Part shown: positions 48,140-57,050 of the stretch, piece after piece | How positions within the stretch are numbered: the stretch's first letter is position 1 | Layout: each line of letters starts with the position of its first letter | Origin: a virus | Lineage: Duplodnaviria; Caudoviricetes | DNA: 64,000 nt | IMG/VR virus record: IMGVR_UViG_3300025735_000007 | Location: 42,296 to 106,295 of that record | Direction: 5' to 3' (one strand) | Notes under the pieces: generated by a model | Told to the model about the DNA's origin: nothing | What the model saw: only the letters and a program-made list of their open reading frames with translations | Databases searched by the model: none | Position numbers and translations under genes: made by a program

Positions 48140-48718
48140 ATGAAACTGAAGATTGTTGGTCTGGACCCATCGCTCACCCACACGGGCATCGCGATCATGG
48201 AATACGACGTTGCGGCGGCGGCACTCGACGTGTCGGAACTGCGGTTGATCGTCACCGAAAACCAGAAGGGTAAGCAGGTCCGTCAGAACTCGGACGACCT
48301 GCGTCGCGCCCGCGAGGTCGTTGCGGGCATACACAGCGCGTGTAATGGTGCGCTCTTTGCCGTGTCTGAAGTCCCGATGGGCGCACAGAGCGCGCGGGCA
48401 GCGCTCGCGTTTGGCATGGTCATTGGGATTCTTGCGAACCTGCCTGTGCCGTTGATTCAGGTGAGCCCGCTCGAAGTGAAGATGGCGGCGGTCGGGCACC
48501 GTCAGGCGGCGAAGGAAGAAATGATCGCCTGGGCAGTCGCAAAGCATCCGAATGCGGGCTGGCTTCTACAGGACAAGAATGGCGCGCGCCATAAAAAAGG
48601 CGACCTGAAAGCCGACAACGAGCACTTGGCCGATGCAGTCGCGGTCGGCGAGGCCGGGATTCTGACCGACCAGTTCAAGCAGGCAGTGGCGATGCTCAGC
48701 TTCGCGAAGGCAGCCTGA
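48140..48718 (+). CDS. RuvC-like Holliday junction resolvase
   Basis: VGLDPSLTHTG, SEVP, EVK...G...A.KEEM, HLADAVA. Confidence 0.88.
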   Translation: MKLKIVGLDPSLTHTGIAIMEYDVAAAALDVSELRLIVTENQKGKQVRQNSDDLRRAREVVAGIHSACNGALFAVSEVPMGAQSARAALAFGMVIGILANLPVPLIQVSPLEVKMAAVGHRQAAKEEMIAWAVAKHPNAGWLLQDKNGARHKKGDLKADNEHLADAVAVGEAGILTDQFKQAVAMLSFAKAA

Positions 48719-48727
48719 CATTCACGA

Positions 48728-49819
48728 CTATGGGTGGAAGTTGTCCGAGTCGTCAGTTGATAGGCCGAAAACTTCAGCTGCTGCATTCCAAAGACCGGCA
48801 TCGATGTCTAGGTGTTCCTCCAGCAACGCAGAGAAGAAAGCGTAGACGTCGTCGTCGGAGGCAATCAAAGCGATTTGACTGTTGTCGATTGCGGCCTCCA
48901 AAAGGCGTTCTGCTTCGGTTCTATTTATCGTCGGGCGCAACTGTTCGAGTTTTGCGATCGCCTCGTGGGTCGCTCGAAATGTGGGACTGGTCACTAAAGC
49001 CTCAATTGCAGCTTCCTTCTCGGCGCTGGGCGCGGTAACTGGAGTGGCGGCAGCCGCGACTTCAAGCATCACACCGTGTGCCTGGACTGGCTCCGGCGGC
49101 GAAGCTGCGGGTTCTGCTGCCGGCTGGCCGCGTGCCTCTTCTGCATCCGCTAGGTATCGGTCTAAGAATGGCTTGACGCCTTTGTAGACGTGTAGCTTGC
49201 CATTTTTCGACTGCTTCCACTCAACTTCCAGCGACGGATGTGGTCGGCCCGTGTTAAGTGCCGAAACGTAGTCTCCATCGTTGCTGACGATATGGAGGTC
49301 GCCATCCGGAACCCGGCTCAGCAGCACCTCCCAGTTATACTGATCTCCAACGCTGTCAGGTTTACCCGGCGGACTGCCTTTCTGCATCCGTTTCACGGCT
49401 CTAACAAAAATCTGTTCATCGTCCAGATAGAGTTCAGCCTTATCGATGAGGTCTTGTAAAACAATGTCAGCGGGTAGAGCGTTATTGGAAGCGTCCGTCG
49501 CTGCCTGATTGATCATCGCGTTGCGTGCTCTCGTCGCGGCTTCGACCGCGGTTCTATACTCGCTGGCTTGAGGGTATTCCAGCATGTGCTGAGGAATCCC
49601 GCCGGGGTGACTTTCTTTTTTGAAATTGTCCGCTGCGGTCTTTAGCCTGGTTTCGCGATTCCGCCAGAGTTCGTCGAGAACCTGTTCAGGAAGATGAAGG
49701 CAAATCCCATCTGCCGTGAGGTGCTCGCTGAGGTCCTTCAATTGACCTAGCGATTCCTTTGTTGAGGAATAAAATTCGAGGAAAACGTTGGTATCAACGA
49801 AGAGGTGTGTCTGCGCCAT
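48728..49819 (-). CDS. PIN-domain protein (DUF4935-like), antisense moron
   Basis: LFVDTNVFL, DELWRN, GDQYNWE, VSNDGDY acidic PIN residues; AT-richer codons. Confidence 0.82.
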   Translation of the reverse strand: MAQTHLFVDTNVFLEFYSSTKESLGQLKDLSEHLTADGICLHLPEQVLDELWRNRETRLKTAADNFKKESHPGGIPQHMLEYPQASEYRTAVEAATRARNAMINQAATDASNNALPADIVLQDLIDKAELYLDDEQIFVRAVKRMQKGSPPGKPDSVGDQYNWEVLLSRVPDGDLHIVSNDGDYVSALNTGRPHPSLEVEWKQSKNGKLHVYKGVKPFLDRYLADAEEARGQPAAEPAASPPEPVQAHGVMLEVAAAATPVTAPSAEKEAAIEALVTSPTFRATHEAIAKLEQLRPTINRTEAERLLEAAIDNSQIALIASDDDVYAFFSALLEEHLDIDAGLWNAAAEVFGLSTDDSDNFHP

Positions 49820-49973
49820 GAGTGTTGTGCGTGCTAGTGACTATTTTCGTATATTGCCATGTTCCCACGGTCTTAACGCCTATTCGTGGCGGTAGGGATC
49901 GGACGCGTCGTCTCTGACTATACTGAACAGGGAAGGGGTCGCGAGTCGCGGCTTATTTTTTTGTCTGTGAAGA

Positions 49974-49991
49974 TAAGTAATGTGTGACTTA
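49974..49991. promoter_or_regulatory. Palindromic operator upstream of nrdA
   Basis: TAAGTAA-TGTG-TGACTTA overlapping TATAAT 49990. Confidence 0.8.
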
Positions 49992-50025
49992 TAATCCCTT
50001 CCCCCTCGCCAACCTCGACTGAGAA

Positions 50026-52302
50026 ATGAAACACATGAACGTAGTAAAGCGCGATGGCTCGACCGAGCCGATGAACGTCCCCAAGATCCAGAAGTGCATC
50101 GAATGGGCCTGCAAGGGCCTGAACGTTTCCCAGTCCGAGCTCGAGACGAGTGTCGGCGATATGCTGTATGACGGCATGTCGACCAAAGATATTCACCGCG
50201 CGACGATCCTCGCCGCGGGCGGTCTGATCAGCCTCGCTGCGCCCGACTACACCTACGTCGCCGCGCGCCTGCTCAAGCAGCAGATTTTCAAGGAGTCGGT
50301 CGGCTCGATCGACTACCCGCACCTGGCCGACTACGTGAACAACGCGGTCGCGCTGGAAAAGCTGACCCCGGAACTGGTCGACGGCCGCTTCGATCTTGAC
50401 GCGCTGAACGCGGAGATCGTCGCCGATCGCGACTACCAGTTCGACTACCTAGGCCTGCAAACGCTCGCCGATCGCTATTTCATCCGTGAGACGCCGGACG
50501 GCCGCATCATGGAAATGCCGCAGCACTTCTTCATGCGCGTCGCGATGGGCCTCGCATTGCGCGAAGACAATGCGACGGCGCGCGCCATCGAGTTCTATAC
50601 GGTGCTGTCGAAGTTTGAATTCATCAATTCGACGCCGACGCTGTTCAACTCCGCGACGCTGCACCAGCAGATGTCGTCCTGCTACGGCAATCAGGTGGGC
50701 GACCAGATCGTTGCCGAGCCGGGCGATCACCCCTACGACTCCATCTACGGCGCGATCACCGAGTGCGCGTTGCTGTCGAAATACGCGGGCGGCATCGGCA
50801 CCGACTGGACGCCGGTGCGTGGCAAGAACTCGCATATCAAGGGCACCAACGGGAAGTCCTCGGGCGTCGTCCCTTACCTGAAGGTCTACAACGACACCGC
50901 GGTGGCGGTAAATCAGGGCGGCAAGCGCAAGGGTTCGTTCGCGCCGTATCTGGAAACGTGGCACCCGGATCTGCCGGCCTTCCTGCAGCTGCGCAAAAAC
51001 ACCGGCGACGACCACGAGCGCTGCCACGACATCTTCCCGGCGAACTGGATTCCCGACCTGTTCATGGAGCGGGTGAAGGCGAAGGGCAAGTGGCATTTCT
51101 TCGATCCGCACAGCTACCCGGAGCTGCACGAGCTCTACGGCGACGCCTTCCGCGCGCGCTACGAGGAGCTCGAAGCGGCCGGCGCATGCGTGGGCGAGGT
51201 CGAGGCGCTGACGCTGTGGCGCGACATGCTGACGGCGCTGTTTGAGACGGGCAACCCGTGGATGACGTGGAAGGACGAAATGAATCGTCGTAACCCGCAA
51301 AGCCACGTCGGTGTCATCCACAACTCGAACCTGTGCACCGAGATCGCGCTGAACAACTCGGAAGACGAGACGTTCGTGTGCAACCTCGGCAGCGTAAACG
51401 TCGCCAAGGTTGACCCGTTCGCCAATCCGAAGCGCTTCAGCCAGGTCGTGAAGACCGGCATGCGCATGCTGGACAACGTGATCGACATCAACTTCTATCC
51501 CAGCGACCGCGCGAAGACCGCCAATATGCGGCACCGCCCGGTGGGTCTGGGCCTGATGGGGCTGACCGACCTGATGGCGAAACAGGGCGTGGACTGGGAA
51601 TCGCAAGCGTGCCTCGTCCTGAACGACGAGCTGCTCGAGGCGCTCTCTTACGAGGCGATCAGCGCGTCGGTGGATCTCTCGGCCGAGCGCGGCGCCTACA
51701 GCACGTTCGCCGGCTCGAAGTGGTCGCAGGGCATCCTGCCGATCGATACGGCTCGCAACCAGGACGTATCGGGCAGGTATGACTGGGACGAGCTCCGTCA
51801 CCGCGTCGTCACCTACGGCATGCGTAACAGCAACACGATGGCAATCGCGCCGACCGCAACGATCAGCAACATCATCGGCGTGTCGCCGTGCGTCGAGCCG
51901 AACTTCGAGCGCTTTCACTCGAAGAAGAACATGGGTGGCAAGTTCCTCGTGATCGCCCCGTCGCTGCGCTACACGGACTCGATCAAGACGTGCTTCGAGA
52001 TCGACCCGATCTGGATCGTCGAGGCTGCGGCCCGCCGCCAGAAGTGGATCGACCAGGCGCAGTCTACGAATATCTGGATCAAGGCGGGCACGAAGGGCAA
52101 GGTGCTCTCGGACCTCTACATGCTCGCATGGGAGCGCGGCCTGAAGACGACCTACTACCTGCGCACCGAATCGGCGAAGGCGCAGGAAGAGGGCGCGGCC
52201 GCCGCAGCCGCCCCTGCGGCACAGGCTGCCGACGTCATGGAGCAGGACGTCTCGGCGGGTCTGTGCTCGATCACCAACCCCGACTGCACCAGTTGCCAGT
52301 AA
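50026..52302 (+). CDS. nrdA: Ribonucleotide reductase class I alpha subunit with ATP cone
   Basis: VVKRDG cone, TPTLFN, SSC, NLCTE, VCNL, APTA, LKTTYY, C-terminal CxxC. Confidence 0.96.
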   Translation: MKHMNVVKRDGSTEPMNVPKIQKCIEWACKGLNVSQSELETSVGDMLYDGMSTKDIHRATILAAGGLISLAAPDYTYVAARLLKQQIFKESVGSIDYPHLADYVNNAVALEKLTPELVDGRFDLDALNAEIVADRDYQFDYLGLQTLADRYFIRETPDGRIMEMPQHFFMRVAMGLALREDNATARAIEFYTVLSKFEFINSTPTLFNSATLHQQMSSCYGNQVGDQIVAEPGDHPYDSIYGAITECALLSKYAGGIGTDWTPVRGKNSHIKGTNGKSSGVVPYLKVYNDTAVAVNQGGKRKGSFAPYLETWHPDLPAFLQLRKNTGDDHERCHDIFPANWIPDLFMERVKAKGKWHFFDPHSYPELHELYGDAFRARYEELEAAGACVGEVEALTLWRDMLTALFETGNPWMTWKDEMNRRNPQSHVGVIHNSNLCTEIALNNSEDETFVCNLGSVNVAKVDPFANPKRFSQVVKTGMRMLDNVIDINFYPSDRAKTANMRHRPVGLGLMGLTDLMAKQGVDWESQACLVLNDELLEALSYEAISASVDLSAERGAYSTFAGSKWSQGILPIDTARNQDVSGRYDWDELRHRVVTYGMRNSNTMAIAPTATISNIIGVSPCVEPNFERFHSKKNMGGKFLVIAPSLRYTDSIKTCFEIDPIWIVEAAARRQKWIDQAQSTNIWIKAGTKGKVLSDLYMLAWERGLKTTYYLRTESAKAQEEGAAAAAAPAAQAADVMEQDVSAGLCSITNPDCTSCQ

Positions 52303-52355
52303 CCAACCAAGAAAGGGCCGGGCAACCGGCCCTCATACATTCCCGAGGCATAGCA

Positions 52356-53348
52356 ATGAGTAGCAACTACGCACAGATCATCAACGACCGCCGGCTCGCA
52401 TTTGGCCCGCGCAGCGACCTGATGGCGATCTCGCCCGCCAAGCACAAGTGGGCGCGCGACATGTGGAAGCAGATGAAGGCGAACAACTGGGATCTCCACG
52501 AGACCGATCTGACCGAAGACGGCCCGTGCTACCGCAACCGGCTCACGGACGGCGAGCGCTTCGCGTATGACAGCGCGCTGTCGTTCGCCTCGAACCTCGA
52601 CGGCATCCAGTTGCACAGCCTGTCGAACGTCGAGGCGTGCATCACGTCCCCCGAGGTCGAAATGTGCATCAAGCGCCAGATGTATGAGGAAGCGCTTCAC
52701 GTCGACGCCTACAGCGAAATGGTCGAAACCGTTTCCGCGGACCCGATGGCCGTCTATATGCGCTTCGAGCGCGACGGCATGCTCGCGGCGAAGAACGAGC
52801 ACATCCTCGCGCAGTCGCGCATTCTGAAGGGCGAGCAGACGCCCGCGCAGTTCGCCCGCTCACTGGTCGCCAATATCGCGCTTGAGGGCATCTACTTCTA
52901 CAGCGCGTTCCTCGTCTTTTACGCGCTCGCGCGCAACGGGAAGATGACGGGCTCGGCCGACAGCGTGAAGCTCATCCACCGCGACGAGCGCACACACCTG
53001 AAGCTGTTCAAGCAGATGCACCAGACGATGCGCCAGGAGCGCCCGGAGCTATACGACGCGCAGTTCTGGCGCGACGCTGAATTCCTGATTCGCGATGCGG
53101 TGGAGCTGGAAGGGAAGTGGGGCGGCTACATCGTCAGCAAGGGCATGTTGGGGCTGACCGCGCCGATCGTCACGGGCTTCCTGCAATCGACAGCGAACGA
53201 GCACGCGGTGGACATCGGCCTGCCCGAGCTGTTCCCCGGCGTGAAGAACCCGGTGCCGTGGTTCAAGCCGTTCTCCGAAGGCGAAGAGGCGAACTTCTTC
53301 GAAGCGAAGGTGGGCGACTACGCCGTCGGCACGCTCGATTGGGAGTAA
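52356..53348 (+). CDS. nrdB: Ribonucleotide reductase class I beta subunit
   Basis: EEALHVDAY, LEGIYFYSAF, RDERTH, NFFE. Confidence 0.95.
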   Translation: MSSNYAQIINDRRLAFGPRSDLMAISPAKHKWARDMWKQMKANNWDLHETDLTEDGPCYRNRLTDGERFAYDSALSFASNLDGIQLHSLSNVEACITSPEVEMCIKRQMYEEALHVDAYSEMVETVSADPMAVYMRFERDGMLAAKNEHILAQSRILKGEQTPAQFARSLVANIALEGIYFYSAFLVFYALARNGKMTGSADSVKLIHRDERTHLKLFKQMHQTMRQERPELYDAQFWRDAEFLIRDAVELEGKWGGYIVSKGMLGLTAPIVTGFLQSTANEHAVDIGLPELFPGVKNPVPWFKPFSEGEEANFFEAKVGDYAVGTLDWE

Positions 53349-53356
53349 CGCGCGAA

Positions 53357-53374
53357 TAAGTCACGGGTTACTAT
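53357..53374. promoter_or_regulatory. Palindromic operator overlapping TATACT
   Basis: TAAGTCA-CGGG-TTACTAT. Confidence 0.78.
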
Positions 53375-53423
53375 ACTGTTCACTAACCGCCCGGGCGACC
53401 GGGCATTCACCGAAGGAAAGAGC

Positions 53424-53852
53424 ATGAAAAAGTTTTGGGCAATCGTCGCTATCGCCGCAGGTCTTTTCGGGGTTGGTCTGATCATCAACGGCTGCACGCA
53501 TAACGACTATGTGCAGCCGCCTATGGCCGCTCCTGTGCCTGCCGCGGTGGTTGCGCAAGCGCCGGGCGCCGCACCTGTTGTCGGATACGCGCCTCCGCCG
53601 GTCATCGTGCAGGCCGCGCCGACGCATGACGGCTTTTTCACCGGCATGCTGATGGGACACCTCATGAGCGGCGGCGGCGGTTATCACGCACCTGTCCAGC
53701 ACAACACCACGATCGTTCAGCAGTCGGTGACCCGCAACACGATCGTGCGGCCCGCCGTCGCAGCGCCTCGCGCCAATACCTACGTCTATCGCCCAACGGT
53801 GCGCTCGAGTGGATCGAGCAAGTCGGTCTACGGGTCGTTTCGTCGCCGGTAG
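53424..53852 (+). CDS. Exported/lipoprotein-like protein
   Basis: Signal peptide ending INGC; GFFTGMLMGHLM motif; Ser/Arg-rich tail. Confidence 0.7.
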   Translation: MKKFWAIVAIAAGLFGVGLIINGCTHNDYVQPPMAAPVPAAVVAQAPGAAPVVGYAPPPVIVQAAPTHDGFFTGMLMGHLMSGGGGYHAPVQHNTTIVQQSVTRNTIVRPAVAAPRANTYVYRPTVRSSGSSKSVYGSFRRR

Positions 53853-53907
53853 TCGGGCCAAGGGTCTGAATTGAGAATGGTGGTCGGGCGCAATGCCCGG
53901 CCCAATC

Positions 53908-54123
53908 GAGAAGTCATTGAAACCGCTTTGTGAACCAACCCTAGTAGCGCGTCTGACGGCCGGCAGACAAAAGCAAACGGCAGTAGCGAGACGAGCCTAT
54001 CAAGCGCGCACGGTGAACACGGAGTAGCAGGGCCTCCGCTCTCCCGTCCGGTCTTTGAGCCGGAGTAGCGTATATGCGCGACGGCGCCCGAGTCGCATCG
54101 GGCAGCGGCCTCAATGACGTCTT
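53908..54123 (+). ncRNA. Candidate structured RNA with four AGUAGC motifs
   Basis: Closing stem GTCATTGA-aa-CCGCT / AGCGG-cc-TCAATGAC; internal hairpins; AGTAGC at 53943, 53982, 54023, 54064. Confidence 0.5.
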
Positions 54124-54142
54124 TCAACGAGGAGAAACCAGC

Positions 54143-54337
54143 ATGGCTAAGGCACGCATCACGATCTCGTTCGAATACGAGATCGTGGCACAACACTACG
54201 AGCCTCACATGACGCCGGAGCAGATGGTGGCGCTCGACGTCGCCAACTACAACGAAGACCCGCTCGCGGTCCTCGAAGTGCTCGCCGCGACCGAGTTTGA
54301 GGTCAGCGGCGTGCCGGTCACCGACAACCCGCTTTAA
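54143..54337 (+). CDS. Hypothetical protein
   Basis: GAGGAG RBS. Confidence 0.65.
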   Translation: MAKARITISFEYEIVAQHYEPHMTPEQMVALDVANYNEDPLAVLEVLAATEFEVSGVPVTDNPL

Positions 54338-54351
54338 CAGGAGCAAAACCC

Positions 54352-55335
54352 ATGATCGAACTGCAAGGAAAAGGCTGCACCGTCAAGGTCATCGCCGATA
54401 GCGTCGCGCACAGCGTGAACGGCAAGCGTATCACCACGCTGCAACTGCGCTACTGGCGCGCGATCCACGCCGAGTTCATGACGCACCGCGTGCTGAGCCG
54501 CAACGCCAGCTCGTCGCGCGCCATACCGGTCGCAAAGATGCTGGAGCAGGTGCGCAATGATCCGGCGGGGCCGATCCACTGGGGAGCCAATCAACCCGGC
54601 ATGCAGGCTCATGCTGAATGTGACGCGCCGATTGAACTGGTGGACTACGAGCTCATGGACGAGCCGACCGATTCAGTGCACGTCGAAACGCTGAATCAAT
54701 TCTCGCGCGAGACAGCGTGGAAAGAAGCGGCGACTCGCGCTGCCGAGGTCGCCGAAGCCTTCTCGAAGGCGGGCTACCACAAGCAGGTCGTCAACCGGCT
54801 GCTGGAGCCGTTCCAATACATCAGCGTGATCTGCACCGCGACGGAGTGGGAGAACTTCTTCGCGCTGCGCGTGCACCCGGATGCGCAACCCGAGATTCAG
54901 GATCTTGCAGCCACGATGCAAAAGGCGATGGCGAAGTCGAAGCCCGTGGTTCGCACCGGATCGTGGGGCGACCCCGAAACATGGCACTTGCCCAACGTGC
55001 TTGACCACGAACGCAAGCTCTATCGTCTGGACGTGCTGCAAGCGCTCTCGACGGCCCGCAATGCCCGCGTGAGCTATCTGACTCATGACGGGGCAGAACC
55101 GAGCCCTGACAAGGATCTGGAGCTCTACGAGCGCCTGGTGGGTGCCGAGCCACTGCACGCGAGCCCGACCGAGCACATCGCCGCGCCGCTCTCGCAGGGC
55201 CACCGCACCGGCGGCCAGAAAAACTTCGTCGGTTGGCACCAATACCGTTCCGACGTCGAGGTGCGCATTGAGCGCGCGAAAAAGCTCGCTGCCGAAACGG
55301 GCGGCAGCAAACGCTTCGCGATTGCCTCACTATAA
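54352..55335 (+). CDS. thyX: ThyX-like flavin-dependent thymidylate synthase
   Basis: HAEFMTHRVLSRNASSSRAIP (RHRx7S-like), HKQ.VNRLLEPF, AQPEI, HASPTEH. Confidence 0.82.
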   Translation: MIELQGKGCTVKVIADSVAHSVNGKRITTLQLRYWRAIHAEFMTHRVLSRNASSSRAIPVAKMLEQVRNDPAGPIHWGANQPGMQAHAECDAPIELVDYELMDEPTDSVHVETLNQFSRETAWKEAATRAAEVAEAFSKAGYHKQVVNRLLEPFQYISVICTATEWENFFALRVHPDAQPEIQDLAATMQKAMAKSKPVVRTGSWGDPETWHLPNVLDHERKLYRLDVLQALSTARNARVSYLTHDGAEPSPDKDLELYERLVGAEPLHASPTEHIAAPLSQGHRTGGQKNFVGWHQYRSDVEVRIERAKKLAAETGGSKRFAIASL

Positions 55336-55339
55336 TGAA

Positions 55340-55357
55340 TAAGTAAGCGGTGAGTAA
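55340..55357. promoter_or_regulatory. Palindromic operator after TATAAT
   Basis: TAAGTAA-GCGG-TGAGTAA. Confidence 0.62.
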
Positions 55358-55400
55358 TCACTGCAACACCCTGAAATCCTTTTGAAACCGGAGTGCCTAC

Positions 55401-56081
55401 ATGACGCAACTGCAAAACACCTTGAACTCATCCGACTATCACGCAGCGGTCCTGCAGACCGAGAGCAAGCCCGGCGAACTGAACTTCGGCCCGGCCACGC
55501 TGCTGATGGCGCTGAACCTCGCGGTGTCGGCCGCCAATGCGCTCGATCAGGTCAAGCGCGCGATTTACTACGGTCGCGACATCGACCAGGAAAAGGCGAT
55601 GGAGGCGATTCAGGCCGTGCAGGGCACCGCCAGCGCGCTCGCGTTCCCGGTCGCCACGAAGCGCTACCGCGACCCGCGCGACGTGGACTTCTTCGCGCAG
55701 AACCTCTCCCCGGAAGCGGCAAAGAGCCTCAGCCCGGCCAACGTCGATCCGCGCCTGCTGCACGCAGCGCTGGGCAAGTTCACGGAAGCGGGCGAGTTCA
55801 TCGAGGCGATCCTGCCGACGCTGATGGGCGCGGCGGTCGACAAGGTGAACGTGCTCGAAGAACTGGGCGACGGCAGCTGGTATGACGAGATCGCGCTCGA
55901 CGCGCTCGGCTACAGCCGCGAGCAGTGCAACTTCGTGAACATCAAGAAGCTGCAGGACAAGAAGGCGGGCCGCTACCAGAAGGGCGCGTTCGACCCGAAC
56001 GCCGCGGTCGAGCGCGACGTCGATGCCGAACGCGCATTGCTCGACGCGGGCGCGCAAAAGGCTGTCCTGGTCGCAGCGTAA
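55401..56081 (+). CDS. MazG-like NTP pyrophosphohydrolase
   Basis: LLHAALG..TEAGE...EELGD..WY...NIKKL...RY. Confidence 0.8.
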   Translation: MTQLQNTLNSSDYHAAVLQTESKPGELNFGPATLLMALNLAVSAANALDQVKRAIYYGRDIDQEKAMEAIQAVQGTASALAFPVATKRYRDPRDVDFFAQNLSPEAAKSLSPANVDPRLLHAALGKFTEAGEFIEAILPTLMGAAVDKVNVLEELGDGSWYDEIALDALGYSREQCNFVNIKKLQDKKAGRYQKGAFDPNAAVERDVDAERALLDAGAQKAVLVAA

Positions 56082-56119
56082 GCCACACCCATTTTTTTCA
56101 ACGACAGAAGGAGAAGCAC

Positions 56120-56320
56120 ATGAAGAAGATCGCACTGGCAGTCCTGCTCGCCGCTGTTTCGATGACCGCGTTCGCCCGCGGTGGCGCTGGCGGCAACGGC
56201 AACGGCGGCGGCCCGGTCGGCAATGGCTACCACGGCTTTTGCACGGGCGACTGCAAGCCCGCGCAGAAGAGCCGTCACGACGCGAAGCCGGACCCGAAGC
56301 TCTACAAGGGCCGCAAGTAA
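56120..56320 (+). CDS. Small secreted Gly-rich protein
   Basis: AGGAG RBS, MKKIALAVLLAAVSMTAFA signal peptide. Confidence 0.65.
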   Translation: MKKIALAVLLAAVSMTAFARGGAGGNGNGGGPVGNGYHGFCTGDCKPAQKSRHDAKPDPKLYKGRK

Positions 56321-56946
56321 TGATCGGCCTGTGCGGAGCGCAGCGGGTGGGTAAATCGACGCTTGCGCAGGCGTATGCGGAAGAGACCGGGGTCAAGTTC
56401 GTTGCTACCGGTGCTTCCACGACCTTCCGGCGGCTCGGTCTGGACCCGAAGAAAGACTACGACTTCGCGACCCGACTGAAGCTGCAAAAGGAGATCCTGC
56501 GCGACTGCGACGCGCTCTACGAAAAGAGCGGCATACGGTTCATCACCGACCGCACGCCGATCGACTTCCTCGGTTACACGCTTGCCGACGTCACGCGCGA
56601 GAACGTGCGCGGCGCGCTAGATGCGGAGCTGCAACGCTACATCGCGGACTGCTATGCCTGTGCGAACCGGCATTTCACAACGCTGGTGCTGGTGCAGCCG
56701 GGTATTGAGCTCATCGAGGCGGAAGGGAAGGCGCCGGCCAACCCGTCTTATATGGAGCACCTGAACGCGCTGATGCTGGGCCTCATGGCCGCTGATACGC
56801 TGCAAAGCGACCACTACCAGATCCCGCGCCGTATCACGGAGCTGGAAATGCGGATCACCGCGGTCGAACAGGCAGTGCGAAAGTCAGCCCAGCGCCATGT
56901 CACCAAGATGGGCCTGCTGCACGAAGAAGGACTTGTGCTGCATTAG
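56320..56946 (+). CDS. P-loop nucleotide kinase (AAA_28/dNMP-kinase-like)
   Basis: GAQRVGKSTL, ITDRTPID. Confidence 0.8.
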   Translation: MIGLCGAQRVGKSTLAQAYAEETGVKFVATGASTTFRRLGLDPKKDYDFATRLKLQKEILRDCDALYEKSGIRFITDRTPIDFLGYTLADVTRENVRGALDAELQRYIADCYACANRHFTTLVLVQPGIELIEAEGKAPANPSYMEHLNALMLGLMAADTLQSDHYQIPRRITELEMRITAVEQAVRKSAQRHVTKMGLLHEEGLVLH

Positions 56947-56960
56947 TAATGTCGGTAACA

Positions 56961-56978
56961 TAAGTAATTCGTTACCTA
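56961..56978. promoter_or_regulatory. Palindromic operator
   Basis: TAAGTAA-TTCG-TTACCTA. Confidence 0.68.
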
Positions 56979-57050
56979 TTCCTAGCGGGGAGGTCTACAC
57001 TGTCTAGTGTTGATTCTCCCCGTTAAATCAATCAATTACAGGAGTTCGCG

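Noticed and set aside
17918-52302. Inteins or introns in dnaB, dnaE, recA, nrdA
   Set aside because: Protein lengths and motif spacing look uninterrupted; no splice-junction or LAGLIDADG motifs seen
51888-52355. N-terminal extension of nrdB overlapping nrdA (frameshift fusion)
   Set aside because: nrdA ends with a normal CxxC tail and stop; nrdB has its own RBS and ATG at 52356
53943-54109. CRISPR or TIGR-type guide array
   Set aside because: The conserved part is only 6 nt, there are no box C/D motifs, and no cas or Nop-domain gene is recognisable in the window; kept only as a candidate structured RNA
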